A stretch of 64,000 bases of DNA from the human T2T-CHM13v2.0 reference genome, Homo sapiens, in the NCBI RefSeq assembly GCF_009914755.1, contig NC_060926.1; one strand, written 5' to 3'. Positions 41,372-55,912 of this stretch are shown here, piece after piece; the first letter of the stretch is position 1, and each line of letters opens with the position of its first letter. Position numbers and translations under genes: made by a program. Under the pieces are notes generated by a model. That model worked only from the letters and a program-made list of their open reading frames with translations. It ran no database searches and had not been told where the DNA came from.

Positions 41372-42668
41372 AGAAAAGTGCTTGTCATGTGATAGAACAC
41401 ACAAAAATGTTTGCTATTGCTATTATAATACTATTGTAAAATATAAATTGTGGATGATGTGGTTTGGGACTGAAGATATTGTCGAAGAATCCATTTGGTT
41501 TATAATTCTTTATGTCCGACAGTTACTTGGGGCTAGGGGTTGCTTGTCATCTCAGTGGTGTGTCCTAGACGGATGGTCTTTCTCCTTATAATGAGTTACA
41601 TAGGAAATGGCTGTGGTTTGCCAAATGTCTATTTGCTGCCCACTGTCAAGCATTTATAGGCTAGCATATATTCATAAAGTACTACATTCACAGTTTGCTA
41701 GTTCACTTTTCACCCTCTCGGTGCTAATGAGCTGTGTGACCTTGATGAAGCTGAAACCTCTCTGAGCTCCAGCTTCCTCAGCTGTAAAATGGGAATAGTC
41801 ACATTGGCCCTGCTTATCTCACGGAGTTGTGAGACTCATTTAATATGCATCCGAAAAGAAAAACATGTCACACACATGTAAGTAATAGTGATGAACCACT
41901 TTGGGATTCAGGGAGGGGGACGGCCCTTTCGTATACAGTTTACAAATGGAGAAACCGAGGATAAAGGGTGCCTCTTGGTAGGGACTAGAATGGGACTCAG
42001 ACCTTATTTCCCCAAGTCCCTGATCACACTAAGCAACATTTGGGTTTCTTAGCCAAATAGTCTGCCTCATTCTTTCACATTGTTGGGACTGAAGATTTAA
42101 AATTAATCTGTGGGTTTTGTTTCTAGGAAACTTGTGTCTTAGAAGCCCACCCCCTCACACAAGAGAACGTGTCTCTTTCTCATTGCTTCCTTATCCCTAC
42201 TTGGCTCTTTAAAAATTTTTCTTTATCACTGCTTATCATATGACTGTGCACAGACAACCGTAAAGCCAACTATTTTAAGGGGAAAAGGGGAGGAAGACAG
42301 ATAAGACAGTGATTCAGAAACAAGCAGGAAAATGGAGTCATGTGGCTGTACCCTTGTGGGTGGGATTTACAGCAGTGTTTTAGACTAAGAAAGCCTCCTT
42401 TTCGCCTGGAGAATGAATTAGGCCCATCAGGAATGTGTTTTAGAACCCGGAGGGAGCACTCCTTCACAAGTCTCTCATGTGGCCAGCCTCAGTGCTGGGC
42501 TGTGTTCTCTTACCGCGCAGCGTGGCTGAAGCCTCTGCTCTGTGCCTGGGACTGGACTGAGCTTGATACAGTGGGGGCTCCAATAGAGAGGTCCTGGTGC
42601 TTGTCCCCAAGGTATAAAAAAGGGAGAAATGGCTACTTGAAAAGACTGATCTGATCACATCAGTTTCA

Positions 42669-43082
<414 letters not shown>

Positions 43083-44838
43083 TTATATAATCAAGACGAT
43101 CAAGTCTGTTATTAGTTATCAGTCATACATAGATGTGTGACGCACTAATATTATTTAAGTAATTTGCCTCTGCTAGCTGAAGAGGTGGCTCTATGGACAC
43201 CCCCACCCAGTAAGTCGGCCGCGTGCCTTCTCTAATGGGATTTGAATTTTAGGAAAGTGAGGCATCATCTGACTCTTTCCAAATTTAAATCTGTTAAGAA
43301 CCTTTAGGGTTTAATATGCTTTTTGTATAGGCTCCATTTTTCTTTCTGAAGGAGAAAGACGTGAGAAAAAGAGAATAAAGGCATATCCTGTCTAGGCTAT
43401 TGGTTTTCAAACTCTGGGTCAGGACCCTCAATGAAGTTGATGAAATCAATTGCGTGGATCTCTACAACAATTTTAAATATGAAAATTGAACAATATACAC
43501 ATTATCAGAATGCTTTGTATGCAATATGAATAAATATTGCCTTATAAAACTCCTATTTCAGTTTTATTTATGTGAGTACGTATGATCTTAATTCTTACTG
43601 TGAGTCCCAGTTTAAAAAAACATTGAGAAATATTGCCCCAGAACACAGTTTCTCATTCAATCTAATTTTAATGAGTACCAGTAACATGGAGAAAAGAAAG
43701 TAAAGAGGATAGGGTTCCCTGCACTCAATAAACTTACATTTTACTAACCCAAACAATTCCATAAAAGCAAATATGTTATCATTCCCCAGGGAAAGACTGA
43801 CGAAGGATTTGTAGAGGAGGTGGCTTTTGACCTAGGCCTTGAAGGATGGATCGGATAGACTGGTTCTGAGAAACCTGCCTGACTACTCCTTAGTAAACAA
43901 GTCTCTGACGACAAATAATGCTGCAGTGCCCTGATGAACAGAAATACCTTCTGTGGCCTGAAAGCCCCCATCTCTTGAAACCCCTGCAAGTGGCATTCAA
44001 CATCAGATAGTGGTGCTTCAGGGTTCCTGGGTTGAATTGTTGGAAATTCAAGGTCAGAGAGCTTAGTTCATGCCCTGTAATACAAGGCGGGTTTCCTCAG
44101 CTCTAGCCATACTTCAACTGGCACTGGAGAGTTTTGTACCTTCTGATCAGGAATGCAGCATCTTTGGAAGATAAGGTGTTTGCGGCCTTACCCCTCAGGA
44201 GACTGCACAATGGGGATACATTTATTCAACAATTTGTACTGTTTTCTTTTGATTCTCCCATCAAACTTGTATGGTAGTGAATATATTCAAAGCGGGAATT
44301 AAGATATTCCTCTTAATTTGACATTTCAGGACAAGACCCAGGGAAGTTAAATGATGAATTGGGGGCCAAGGCAGATGAATGAGCACCTGGATGTCTTGCT
44401 TTTTAGGACAAAGGTTTTTTACTGCACATGCACGGGTATATAGTCTCCCAAACACACTAGGTACAGGAGGCCTAGGGCCTGGCCTAGAAGGTATTGATAT
44501 CAGTACCATTACACATTTAATACCATTATCCATTTATGCATTTAAGCTCTATTTAAAAAGGCAATCAAATGAATCAAAATTTCTTCTTTTGTTCTTTCCT
44601 TCCTACCTTATTCTTTGCCTTCCATTCCCCTCTGCCTCCCCCCACCAGCCTTCTCTCACTTTCTTTCTCTTAGAGAAGATTAGGTAGGGGAAAGGTTCGT
44701 AGACCATTTTACCTCCAATTGAAAAAATGTAAATCTGCTATATAATAAGAGATATTCATTAAATCTTCATTTCTACATAAAAATATAAGAGTTCAGAAGT
44801 TTAGTGACTTGATCAAAGTAAAAAAAAAATCCAGTAGA

Positions 44839-45144
44839 GGACAGGTATGGTGGTTCACACCTGTAATCCAAGCACTTTGCGAGGCCGAGGCAGGGGGATT
44901 GCTTGAGGTCAAGACCAGCCTGGCCAACATGGCAAGACACTGTCTCTACAAAAACATTTTACAAATTATCTAGGCATGACGGCATGCACCTGTGGCCCCG
45001 GCTACTTGGGAGGCTGAGGCAGGAGGATCACTTGAGCCTAAAAGGTCAAAGGTACAATGAGCCATGATTATGCCACTGTACTCTAGCTTGGGTGGCAGAG
45101 TGAGACCCCCTGTCTCAAAAAAAAAAAAAAAAAAAGAGGAAAGG
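44839..45144 (+). mobile_element. Alu (AluJ-like)
   Basis: Dimer. TSD AAAAAATCCAGTAGAG on both sides. Confidence 0.93.
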
Positions 45145-45227
45145 AAAAAATCCAGTAGAGACAGAAAAAGTATGAGTAAACAGGTTTCCTGATTCCTAGT
45201 AAGGTACTTACATTGCTATATCATGCT

Positions 45228-45540
45228 GCATCCAGTCACCATTCATCCATCATGCTTCCATCATTCATCCATCTCTACATCCATCCATCTGTCTATGCAT
45301 CCATCCATCCATCCATCCATCCATCCATCCACCCACCCATCCATTCATCCATCTCTATATCCATCCATCCATCCACCCATCAATTCGTCCATCCATCTCT
45401 TCATTCATCCATTCATTCATCCATCTCTACATCCATCCATCCATCCATCTATGTATCCATCCATCCATCTATTCATCTATCTCTCCATCCATCCATCCAG
45501 CCAGCCAGCCAGCCAGCTGGACAGCCAGGCAGCCAGACAG
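45228..45540. repeat. Degenerate (TCCA)n simple repeat grading into (CCAG)n
   Basis: ~290 bp of catc/tcca units followed by ccag units. Confidence 0.95.
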
Positions 45541-45793
45541 CCTGTCAGTTTATTGGTCATATAGTTGATGCTAATGCCATGTGTCTAAAATTTTTAGTAA
45601 GGGAGTCTGATTTATTATTATCATTATTATTTTCAATTTGCTTTTCAGCTATTGACTGAGGTTGCGGCAATTGACCAGACTACCCTGTGGGCTGATAAAA
45701 CCTGAAACTTGTCTATTTGGTTGAGATTACCATTTGTCTGTCCCTCAGTGGCTGGTCTTTACATGTCAAGAGGATGGTAAAAACTGCCATAAG

Positions 45794-46113
45794 GGACTGA
45801 ACACAGTGCCTCACGCCTGTAATCCCAGCACTGTGAGAGGCTGAGGTGGGAGGATAGCTTGAGCCAGGAGTTTGAGACCAGCCTGGGCAACGTAGTAAGA
45901 GCCAGTCTCTAAAAAAATTTTTAAAAATTAGCTGGGTGTGGTGGCATGCATTTGTAGTCTCAGCTGCTCCAGGAGGCTGAGGCAGGAAGACTGCATGAGC
46001 CCAGGAGTTTGAGGCTGTGGTGAGCTATGATGGCACCACTCTACTCCAGCCTGGGCAGCAGAGCAACAGAGCAAGTCCCTGTCTCTAATAAAAACAAACA
46101 AACAAACCAAAAA
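45794..46113 (+). mobile_element. Alu (AluJ-like)
   Basis: Dimer with a (CAAA)n tail. Confidence 0.93.
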
Positions 46114-46289
46114 CCACAGTGAGAGATTTTTTTTTAAAGACTCCTCCACTCCTTTTTTTGGGTTACATTGTTTTTGTTCCCCCTACTTTCTGAACTCTCT
46201 GGAGTGTCAGGATACTTTGACTTTTGTGATTCAATCAGCCTACTGCAATGGTAGATTCTTCCTTTCAAGTTGTAACTCTTCCCTTGGAG

Positions 46290-46562
46290 CAGGGTTTCCC
46301 AAAATGTGTTCCAAACAATATAAGAAGTGAATAGGTCATTCACACTCAAAAACGAATGCCATAATCAAGTGAATTTGGAAAACCATAGAGTAAATGAAGC
46401 TAAACATTTATTGCAGGACTTTTTTTTACAGCCTTCGATAGGCTATTTTCCATCAGTTTTCTGGATGGCAATTGAGCGAGCAGTGTTTCCAACTGTATTT
46501 GATTGTTCAACACACATTTAGGGACAGTACTTACATCTCTTGATGTCATTTGGGAAACACTG
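46290..46562. mobile_element. hAT-Charlie remnant (MER103-like)
   Basis: Terminal inverted repeats cagggtttcccaaa ... tttgggaaacactg. Confidence 0.7.
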
Positions 46563-49500
46563 TCTTAGAATCTGGACCCTACTATTTAAAGTTAATACGA
46601 CATATTTAGGGCTGCTGGCCAAGAGAAACTAACATGGTGAGGAGGAAATAATCATTATCCATTTATGTTAATATTTTTATCATAAAGACTAAAACTTTGT
46701 TTTTTAAACTAGGATCCCAAGTGTTGTTTATAGACACTTGACTACAGAAGAGAGAAAAGCTTAGGTTGAACAAGTGTTTGTAGAGTATATGAAAATAGAA
46801 GTGCAAACAAGGCCCCTATTAGCCAGATTTTCTGAATAATATTCTAGGAGTTCATCCTTGTTCTGTCTTTAGTGAGTGACATTTATAAAGCAGTAGCAAA
46901 GCCAATATCATGGTTCCAGGGATCGTTCCTATGGAATTACATTGGCTGAGGACAGAGACCCACTCTTCCTCCTCTTTCCTGAATCAGGTCAGGGTGAATA
47001 TTATCCAAGTGCAATTGAACTCTTGCTCCTTCTGTTCACAAATCAATTGTTGCTTGATTGGACCCAGAATGTTTGCTGCTCATCAACTCTCTTTTGAAGG
47101 TGTATCTCAATATTTCATTTCCTTGTGTTTATTGGAAAATATTTTTTAAAAGCTACTTGCAAAGATGTAAGCGTGATCATTGGGGTTGACTTGCGGCGAA
47201 AATGTGAAGGAGTCAAAGACTGATTTCAGGTTTTGTGCACGCTCCTTCCACTTCTGAGCCCCTCCAAGCCTGGGGCCCAGTCAGGATTCCTCACTTCCTC
47301 TTGGCTGAGTATAAACTCATTTACACTGAGGTAGATGGCCGTAATGAGATATATAAGACTGGTGCTTTAGAAGAGTGCTGTGGAGGAGGCCTTCCTTTAT
47401 CTGGAGGGTGACATGGCAATGTCTGGAATTTTCAGATATCAGTGACAGGAAAAGATGGACTTTTGGGTCAAGAGGACTCTGTCAAACCAGGTACTAACTG
47501 CAGACCAGGCTATTTCTGAGATCATACTCTGTGTCAAGGGCTAGGGATCTTTACATGAGCCTTCAATTGTAAGTCAGGGCCCGACTCACTGTGGTCAGTG
47601 CATATATTTCTAGATTACCTCACTTTGGAAATGCTTGTCTCCCCACTCTGTGAGGGATTAGTGCTTTTCCACTTTAAAGGAAAAACAGGTCATAAATTAC
47701 TGAGGAATTTTATGGCACAGCCCAAAGCACAGATTGGAGGCCAAGGAAAAATAAAACTCCAGCTTCTTTATGAAAGTCAAATGGAAAAGAGAAGATGCTT
47801 CCTGAAAAGAGGTGGGCACTGCTTGAGGGAGAGGAGGGAAAGGACTCTGAGTGAGTCTACAGGAACTCCTTTTGGTGTCCTTGAGGAGTTTATGAGAATT
47901 CTCGGCCTCATCTTGATAAACTTGAAGGCAAAGTGAAGCAGGCAGTTGAACTGTTTGTCTGGGAAATGGATGAGAGACATGATTATTTTTGGTAGCAAGA
48001 TTTTCTGTGTTTGGATTATGCATGTTATAAATCCAGTATCTTAATTTCCATTTGCCTTGGGTGATCCATATGCCTAATTTTAATTCAATGCTGATTAAAT
48101 GTCAGAGAAGGAAAGGAAGGGATGAGGTGAGAGTTTCCAAGCCTGGCTGACCAGGAAGACAGCAGGCAGATCTTGGAGACTGGACCTCATCAATTATAAA
48201 GAGAAAAATCCCCTGTAAGTTACAAAACAAAATAGCACAAGAAAACACTCTGTAGATGTACATTAAGCCGTCTCCTTTCCAGAAAACGTTTCCCCAGACC
48301 AGGAAGACCCAGCGTGCCCCTTAGCACCTTAGCCCAGGCCTTCAGCTCTTCTCAGCTCACCTTTTCCTCCAGTGAATAAACATGATGCTGTTTTTAAGTC
48401 TTTGCTTCCTTGTTTCTAGCCCATGTTTTACTCCAGAGCAGTGAGGGCACTTGTGACCAGCTTTGGGGAGATGAATACACTGTCATTTATACATAAATGC
48501 ACTGTCATTTATCATTTCAGAATTGGAGTGAATTCTAAATGAATCATAACAGTTGCATTTAATGAATTATTCTCCTGGGTATTGGCTAATTTTAAACCGG
48601 TCTGACGAGTTTTAAGGTCCATGTGGTTTGAGGAAATTCAGTGGTGCATTTCCCGGTTTGGTCCTCCTCATTTCCCTCCAGCCCTGCTCCTTTTCAACAT
48701 GCCAGGCTGCTTGGCTGGGTTATCTTTAATCACTGTAGGTGGGAGGAGGGGAGGCGGGGAGGTACTGGGCCCAAGGTCATGCCAGAAGAGTTCAGGCCTC
48801 TGCTTGTCATCTGGCACTGCTCAGAATTCCCAGGGGTCTCCGGGGAGCTGGCCCTCAGCTCACAGATGGGCCTGACTTTGGTGAGAGGTGGCCTTCCACC
48901 AGGAAGCCTCCAGCTGGCAGGATAGGTGGGTGGGGAGGGGTGAACTTTGGCTGTGGAAGCGTCTCAGCATTTTACTCCCCTTTTTCAATAGTTGCTGCCT
49001 CCACTCCACGCTTTTATTCAAGCAGCACCGGTACCTGGCAGTAGCTCCTACAATGTTTTCTACATTGGCTCTAAAATCATGGCCTAGTAGACACCAATGC
49101 TTGACTTGTTTTTTTGTTTGTTTGTTTTGAGAAGTTGTTTACCATTGGCGTGACGGGATTTTCTTGGCCTTGTGAAGTACAGGGAGCCTCAGGATAGCTT
49201 CACTGGGGGTGTCATTACATGGTCATTATCAGTGGTAAGTTTCCCAGTCTCAAGATGGAACCCTCTGTTGCTTCTCTGCCGCGTGTTTGGCTCTGTTGAC
49301 CTTCCATTGCTCACCTGTGCTTGTTCCCCCAGCAGCCTGTTTCTTGTAACTATTTGCCTCATAATGCAAGTATTCTAGTGATTGAAGTGTTGCTGTGCAA
49401 AAGAGATCTTTTAAACTGAAACCAGTGCAACAAAACAATTTAAAACATTTTAATAATTTCTTAAAGGATACAGAGCCTTTTCCTCTCTTAATACATGCAG

Positions 49501-50377
49501 GTCAGAATGACGTCAATAAGGATTATATTTTTGCATTAACAGGAAAACTAAGTTTATAAGACTAGAGTATGGATAGAGAGGAAGATGGTTCTATTGGGAT
49601 ATAAACTCTGATCCATACATGGAAGTAGCCCAGTCCGTACAAACACCATTGCCTGTTTCATTCTTGACTGGACATACATATTGCCCCATTGTGATGAAAG
49701 GTTGTGATAATGAAGAGAGTAATAGAAGGCTCAGCTCAGGTTCTAAGGAGGGAGCGAGTAAAGGCCATGCAGGCCCATCCTTCTGTGGTCAGTCACTGCT
49801 GGTTGGGGAAGGAAGGAGGTATCAAGTGTCTCCATTCTTTCCTCTTTTCTTCATAGTTTCTAGATCATTCATTTAATAAATCATTAGGGAGCCCCTGCCA
49901 TCAAGCTAGGTCTTGGGATATAACCAGGAACATGCCTAGATAGGTACCCTAATCTCAGAGGGCTCATGCTCCAATTGGGGGACAGATACTCAAACAGGCA
50001 ATTATGACATAGTTCATAAAGCCCTGTGATGTATGCCACCAGAGTACCCAAAAGGGCCCCAAACTAGACATGGGGAGTTGGGGAAGGCTTTTGGGAGAAG
50101 GCGACATTTCAGCAGAGACCTGAAAGGAGAAACTGGAGACAGTTTAATGTGACTACTGCGAAGTACTGTGGGGGGTGGGAGTAGGTTGGGGGCATGGGGA
50201 CAAGTAAGCTGTTTTTTGTCAGCTGCCATTGATCTTCCTCCCTCTCCTCCTCCCTCCCTGCTTCCTTCCTTCTTTCCGATTTAACCCTGGAATCACGAGA
50301 GGCCACTTTAGGTGGATAGCAACTCTTGAATTTGGGCTTTATTCTGAGGGTTATGGAGGAGCCAGTGAAGGTTTTTT

Positions 50378-50670
<293 letters not shown>

Positions 50671-53600
50671 CAGTGAAGGTTTTTTAAGCAGAGAAATAAC
50701 CTGATCAGATTCAAATTGTATCACCCTGTGGGATGGACTAGACATGGATTAGAACATTAGGAAACTGCTTTAGGTATTTAGCCTGGTAAAGATACTCTGG
50801 CTTGTGGTCGGGTGTTATTTGCTGGGTGGGCTCTGGCTTAAAAGGCAATTGCTTTAGATCGTTGTGGAAAATTCTGTTTCAGAGACACAACCGCTTCAGA
50901 TGGGCAGTGAAAAAGACGATGGAAAGGCCAGGACACCACGGAAGTTCTGAAGGGGTAGTGGGAACCGGTAGGAGCATATCAGTAGCTTTCCCTGCCCTTT
51001 TGTCTGCCACTGTGATGTAAATATCAACTTGATTTTACATGGAGCTGAGGAACCTTTTAGAACCCAATCGAAGAAGTTGGTGGTTCTACACCGAGCCAGG
51101 GGGATAACTTTGTGGTCACATGGGAATTTATACTTACTTGGTTTCTCTGCCTTTCTCACCAATTTCTTTTTGGTTTCTTGAGAGCTGGTTGTGTGCATAT
51201 GTGAATACATATTGCATGTTGAAATTTTGGGTTTTCTTTTTTAAACCTTTAATGTTCTACCCATTTCAAATGCATTCAGGATGTATGATGCTGTTTTTAT
51301 ATAATGTAAACTATTCTTACAATGTCTTTTATTTAATTAAAAGAATCAAAGAAACCAAAGTTAAGAATTTAAATTTTATTTTGGCATTTGTTACTGGTTG
51401 TGATATATAATTTTGGTAACATTAGTGAGGGATCAGGTTTAAAAAATTTCTCCAATGTTGTCTTCTGCAGATTGCAATTGTCTTGCAACTGCTGTTGGCA
51501 AACTAAAAATGCTTTTGCTGGTTAAGGTAACCAGTCATTTCCGAACTTTTTTTCAGTTGTAAGGGCATAGAATGAACGTGCACGCCTGATTTAGTGTATT
51601 AAAACTAATATCATGTGAGGACATTTTATAGATAAGAGGTTAGAAGGCAAACGACTCTATTTTGAGAAAAATTTGGAGGGAACCTTTCTTTCAAGATAAA
51701 TAAATTATTTACTGTCCAGAAGTTTATCATGTAATTATCTGGATTTTTTTTTTTCATTTCTCTGAGCTTTAGCTCAGCCTCGATGGACTCTGATTTCATA
51801 AATACATTACATTTTTCAATTTTAGAAGTCATGGGAAGAGGCACACAACTTTGGGAATTTGTGAAACTTAAAGCAAGTATAATGAAGAGATACATACTCA
51901 TTTTGTTTGTGTTCTGTTTCCATTCCATTAACTTCTACTATCACTCAGGTTCATCCTTGTTGAGGCCTAGACGAGTGGAAGGTTTCTCATTTTGAAGTTA
52001 GTTGTTTTTTAATTGGTCACGCAAAAGAAAGGCTTACATTGATTTTGAAAGACAAAACATGTCATTGTTTTTTTCACTAATGCCCAACTTCTACATGGCT
52101 GACTGGATATTGTTCAAATTTTCCAAAAGAATAGAAAAGAGAGAGAAACACCCTTCTTTTGGATCCGAAGCCAGTCATGGAAAATTTCATCCTGAAAGGA
52201 TAATTTTTCATAAATATGCAAGCAGCAGAATGGCAGTGTGGCTGCAATAGAATCTGCCCCAGGACTTCCATGCATAGTACTTTGCTGTAAACACGAAACT
52301 ACAGGCACACATATACTCAAAAGAATACACAGTATTGGAAGCCTAATTATTTCCACTAAGATTGAGATTATTCCCTCTAAGAGCTATACTGGAGAAAGCA
52401 ATGTGTCTTACTTCACTTTATTCCACATCAATTCACAAATTTTTATAGCATATATACTCTGTGAAAGGTGATACTGGGCTAAAGAAAATAATTCTGCCCT
52501 CAGTTTGCAATCTAACAGGGAAAATAAAGTCCATATATATTAAAATCTAAGTCTGTTTATAATAAGTGCCAAGTAGACAATATGGACAGGAAGTACTGTG
52601 GATCTAAGGAGGTCAAGCTCATGGGTGTACAGGTTGTAATAGTTATGAAGCCTTTTCAGTAGCAGTAGAACTTGAATGATGGGGTGGATCGGGATAATGC
52701 ACAGAGTGGGTGCATGTGGAACACTTACAAGAAGAGGGGATATGGGGAGCTGATGTCCACCAAGAACAGGGAGCCTGTAGTCTGCGGGTGTATGTGGGGC
52801 CCTGCTGTAGTGGTGTTGATTGACCTCTGTAGGCACTTTGCCTTCCTTCTTCTGTGTTCCCTCCAGCTAGGGTAGAGAGGACTGGTTCAGCTTGGCTCTT
52901 CCGGGCCTGCCCAAAGGACCATGCAACATGAAGGTGAAGTCCTTGTAGAGCAAAGGGCATGAGAAGTCTCTCTTCTAAACCTAGGCTCTGCCCTGTCTCC
53001 ATAATTTTATTTCATGATGTTAGATCTGGGAAGAGATTTAGCACGTTTCTGTATTAGTAGAGCATTTGAGGGAGATGATAACTATTAAACAAGAGAGGTA
53101 AAGAGAAACATTCAGAGATGAACAGGTTTATTGGGATAAAGAGTGAGGGTACAGATTTGAGGCTACCATTCACAGACCAGGGCTAGCTATTCTAGAAACA
53201 ATAGATGTCATTAGACAAATAATGACATGATGGTTTGATATTGGTGTTCTAAACCTCCAGAGGTTAATAACTTTGTTGGATTTCAGTGGTGGACACCAGC
53301 AATCTTAGGAGGTCTAGCAGCAAGACTGGTTCTTGCCAAGTTAGGAGATGTTAGTTTGTTAGTGCTGATTGGATGGAATAAGCATACAACCGCTCTGTGT
53401 GCCCCCTTCTTTCCCCTCTGCAGGGTGTGAGAATGGAAAAAGAGAATTACACTTCTGATAACCTAAATATTCGCTAACCTGTGGTGGGGATGCTTATTTT
53501 GGCCTTTTAGGCGCAAACTTGTTTCTTTAACTGTTAGTTTTATGGTGCCCAGGGTTAAACTTTAAAGTTGGACTGTTTACATGCTTGCGACATGGTGAAC

Positions 53601-54059
53601 CAAACGGGGAAAGTAAGATAAAAACAGGCTTGATAAAGGCCAGCCGACTTCTGCCAGTAGGCTAAAACTCACAGACTCTCAGATATATACATACATATAT
53701 GGCCAAGATGTCTTGCTGTTAAATGGTCTTTAAGAGAGCAGAAAAGCCTTTTTAACAAATGCACCTATTGTAGAGTCTTTCCAATAGCCTATACCTTTCA
53801 ACTTGTGAAGATAAATAAGAACATATGGTTTGTCTCAACATGCTTTTAACAAAAACCAGATGAACACATGTAAAACAATTAGAGAGTTGTCTTAGGTACC
53901 CTGAAGTTCTTATACAGGATATTTGCTCTTCATTCAACGTTTATTGACTACCTACTGTGTTCCAGGCCACCAGACCCTGTGTTAGAGGTTAGAGATTTAA
54001 AACTCTAGTAACTTATGTATTATAATCTATACATGTCATTTAAAGACATAGCATTTTTG

Positions 54060-54431
<372 letters not shown>

Positions 54432-55460
54432 TTATCCTAAATTTTAACCAGGTGATTTTAAAATCACCATTTGGAAAATGGTCCCATTATATCTATTTGT
54501 AAACTGAGTCATGAAAAAGTTGTCAGAGTACCCAGGTAGGCGTTTATGATGCACCTAAGTACAGGCCAGCCAAAATTGTTTTGGTTTTGGTGCTTCCACC
54601 TGTGATTAATGTCCCACTTGACTCCTTGAGCTGTTTCATCTGAAATTATATTCCTGAAATTCATCTGGCTCTGCTGATTATCTCTACCTGGGCCTGTGGA
54701 TGAGATCAGAGAGACCAGAGCTGGGGCTATTTCTTGGTAATGCAACTGCCATTCCCCATGCGTGGACACAAATAGACAATGCCTGTGGGAATCCAAACCC
54801 CAAGGACTGTGAGAGGCATGCATGCCCTGTATTAAAGCAGCAGCCTGGCTTGGTGCTCACTAAGTGCATGGTCAGCAGTCACTACTCCTGTGACATGTAT
54901 TGTCTGAGTCACTCATTTGGCACTTATTACATCCTGTCTTGGGTTATTAGTAACCTTTGCATGCATTTGTTTCTCCTCCCCAGCCACACCGCCCCAGTGG
55001 TGCAGACTCAGGGTTCTCCTCGCCATTCAAATTCTTCACCAGTGCTCTTTATGGGCAGTAAACTTGGTTTTTATTTTAATTATGAAATGGTAGTGTTTAA
55101 GCTTATTAAAATATAAGTGTTGTTTATCCAAACAATCATAAATGAACTTATTAAATTTTTTACAAACAGCTTTACTGAGACATCTCTGACATACAAACTG
55201 CCCATATTTAAAGTGTAGAATTTGATAAGTTTGAACTTCATAATATGATTTCTTATTCTTTTTTTCAGATAACATGATTTCTAACTCATTTTTTACAGAT
55301 AACATGATTTCTTACTCATTTTCTTTTTCAAAATGATGTTTGATGAGCACCGATTTTACAGAGGGTGCCTGTCTGAGAGTACGAGGTAGGAACTTTTGAA
55401 ATAACACACTGGTGGTAAGGGGGTAATTTGGTTCCCAGATAACTTTGAGATTCTAGTTTT

Positions 55461-55912
<452 letters not shown>

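Noticed and set aside
45213-45659. HPSI/IHPS-repeat ORFs
   Set aside because: Translation of the (TCCA)n simple repeat.
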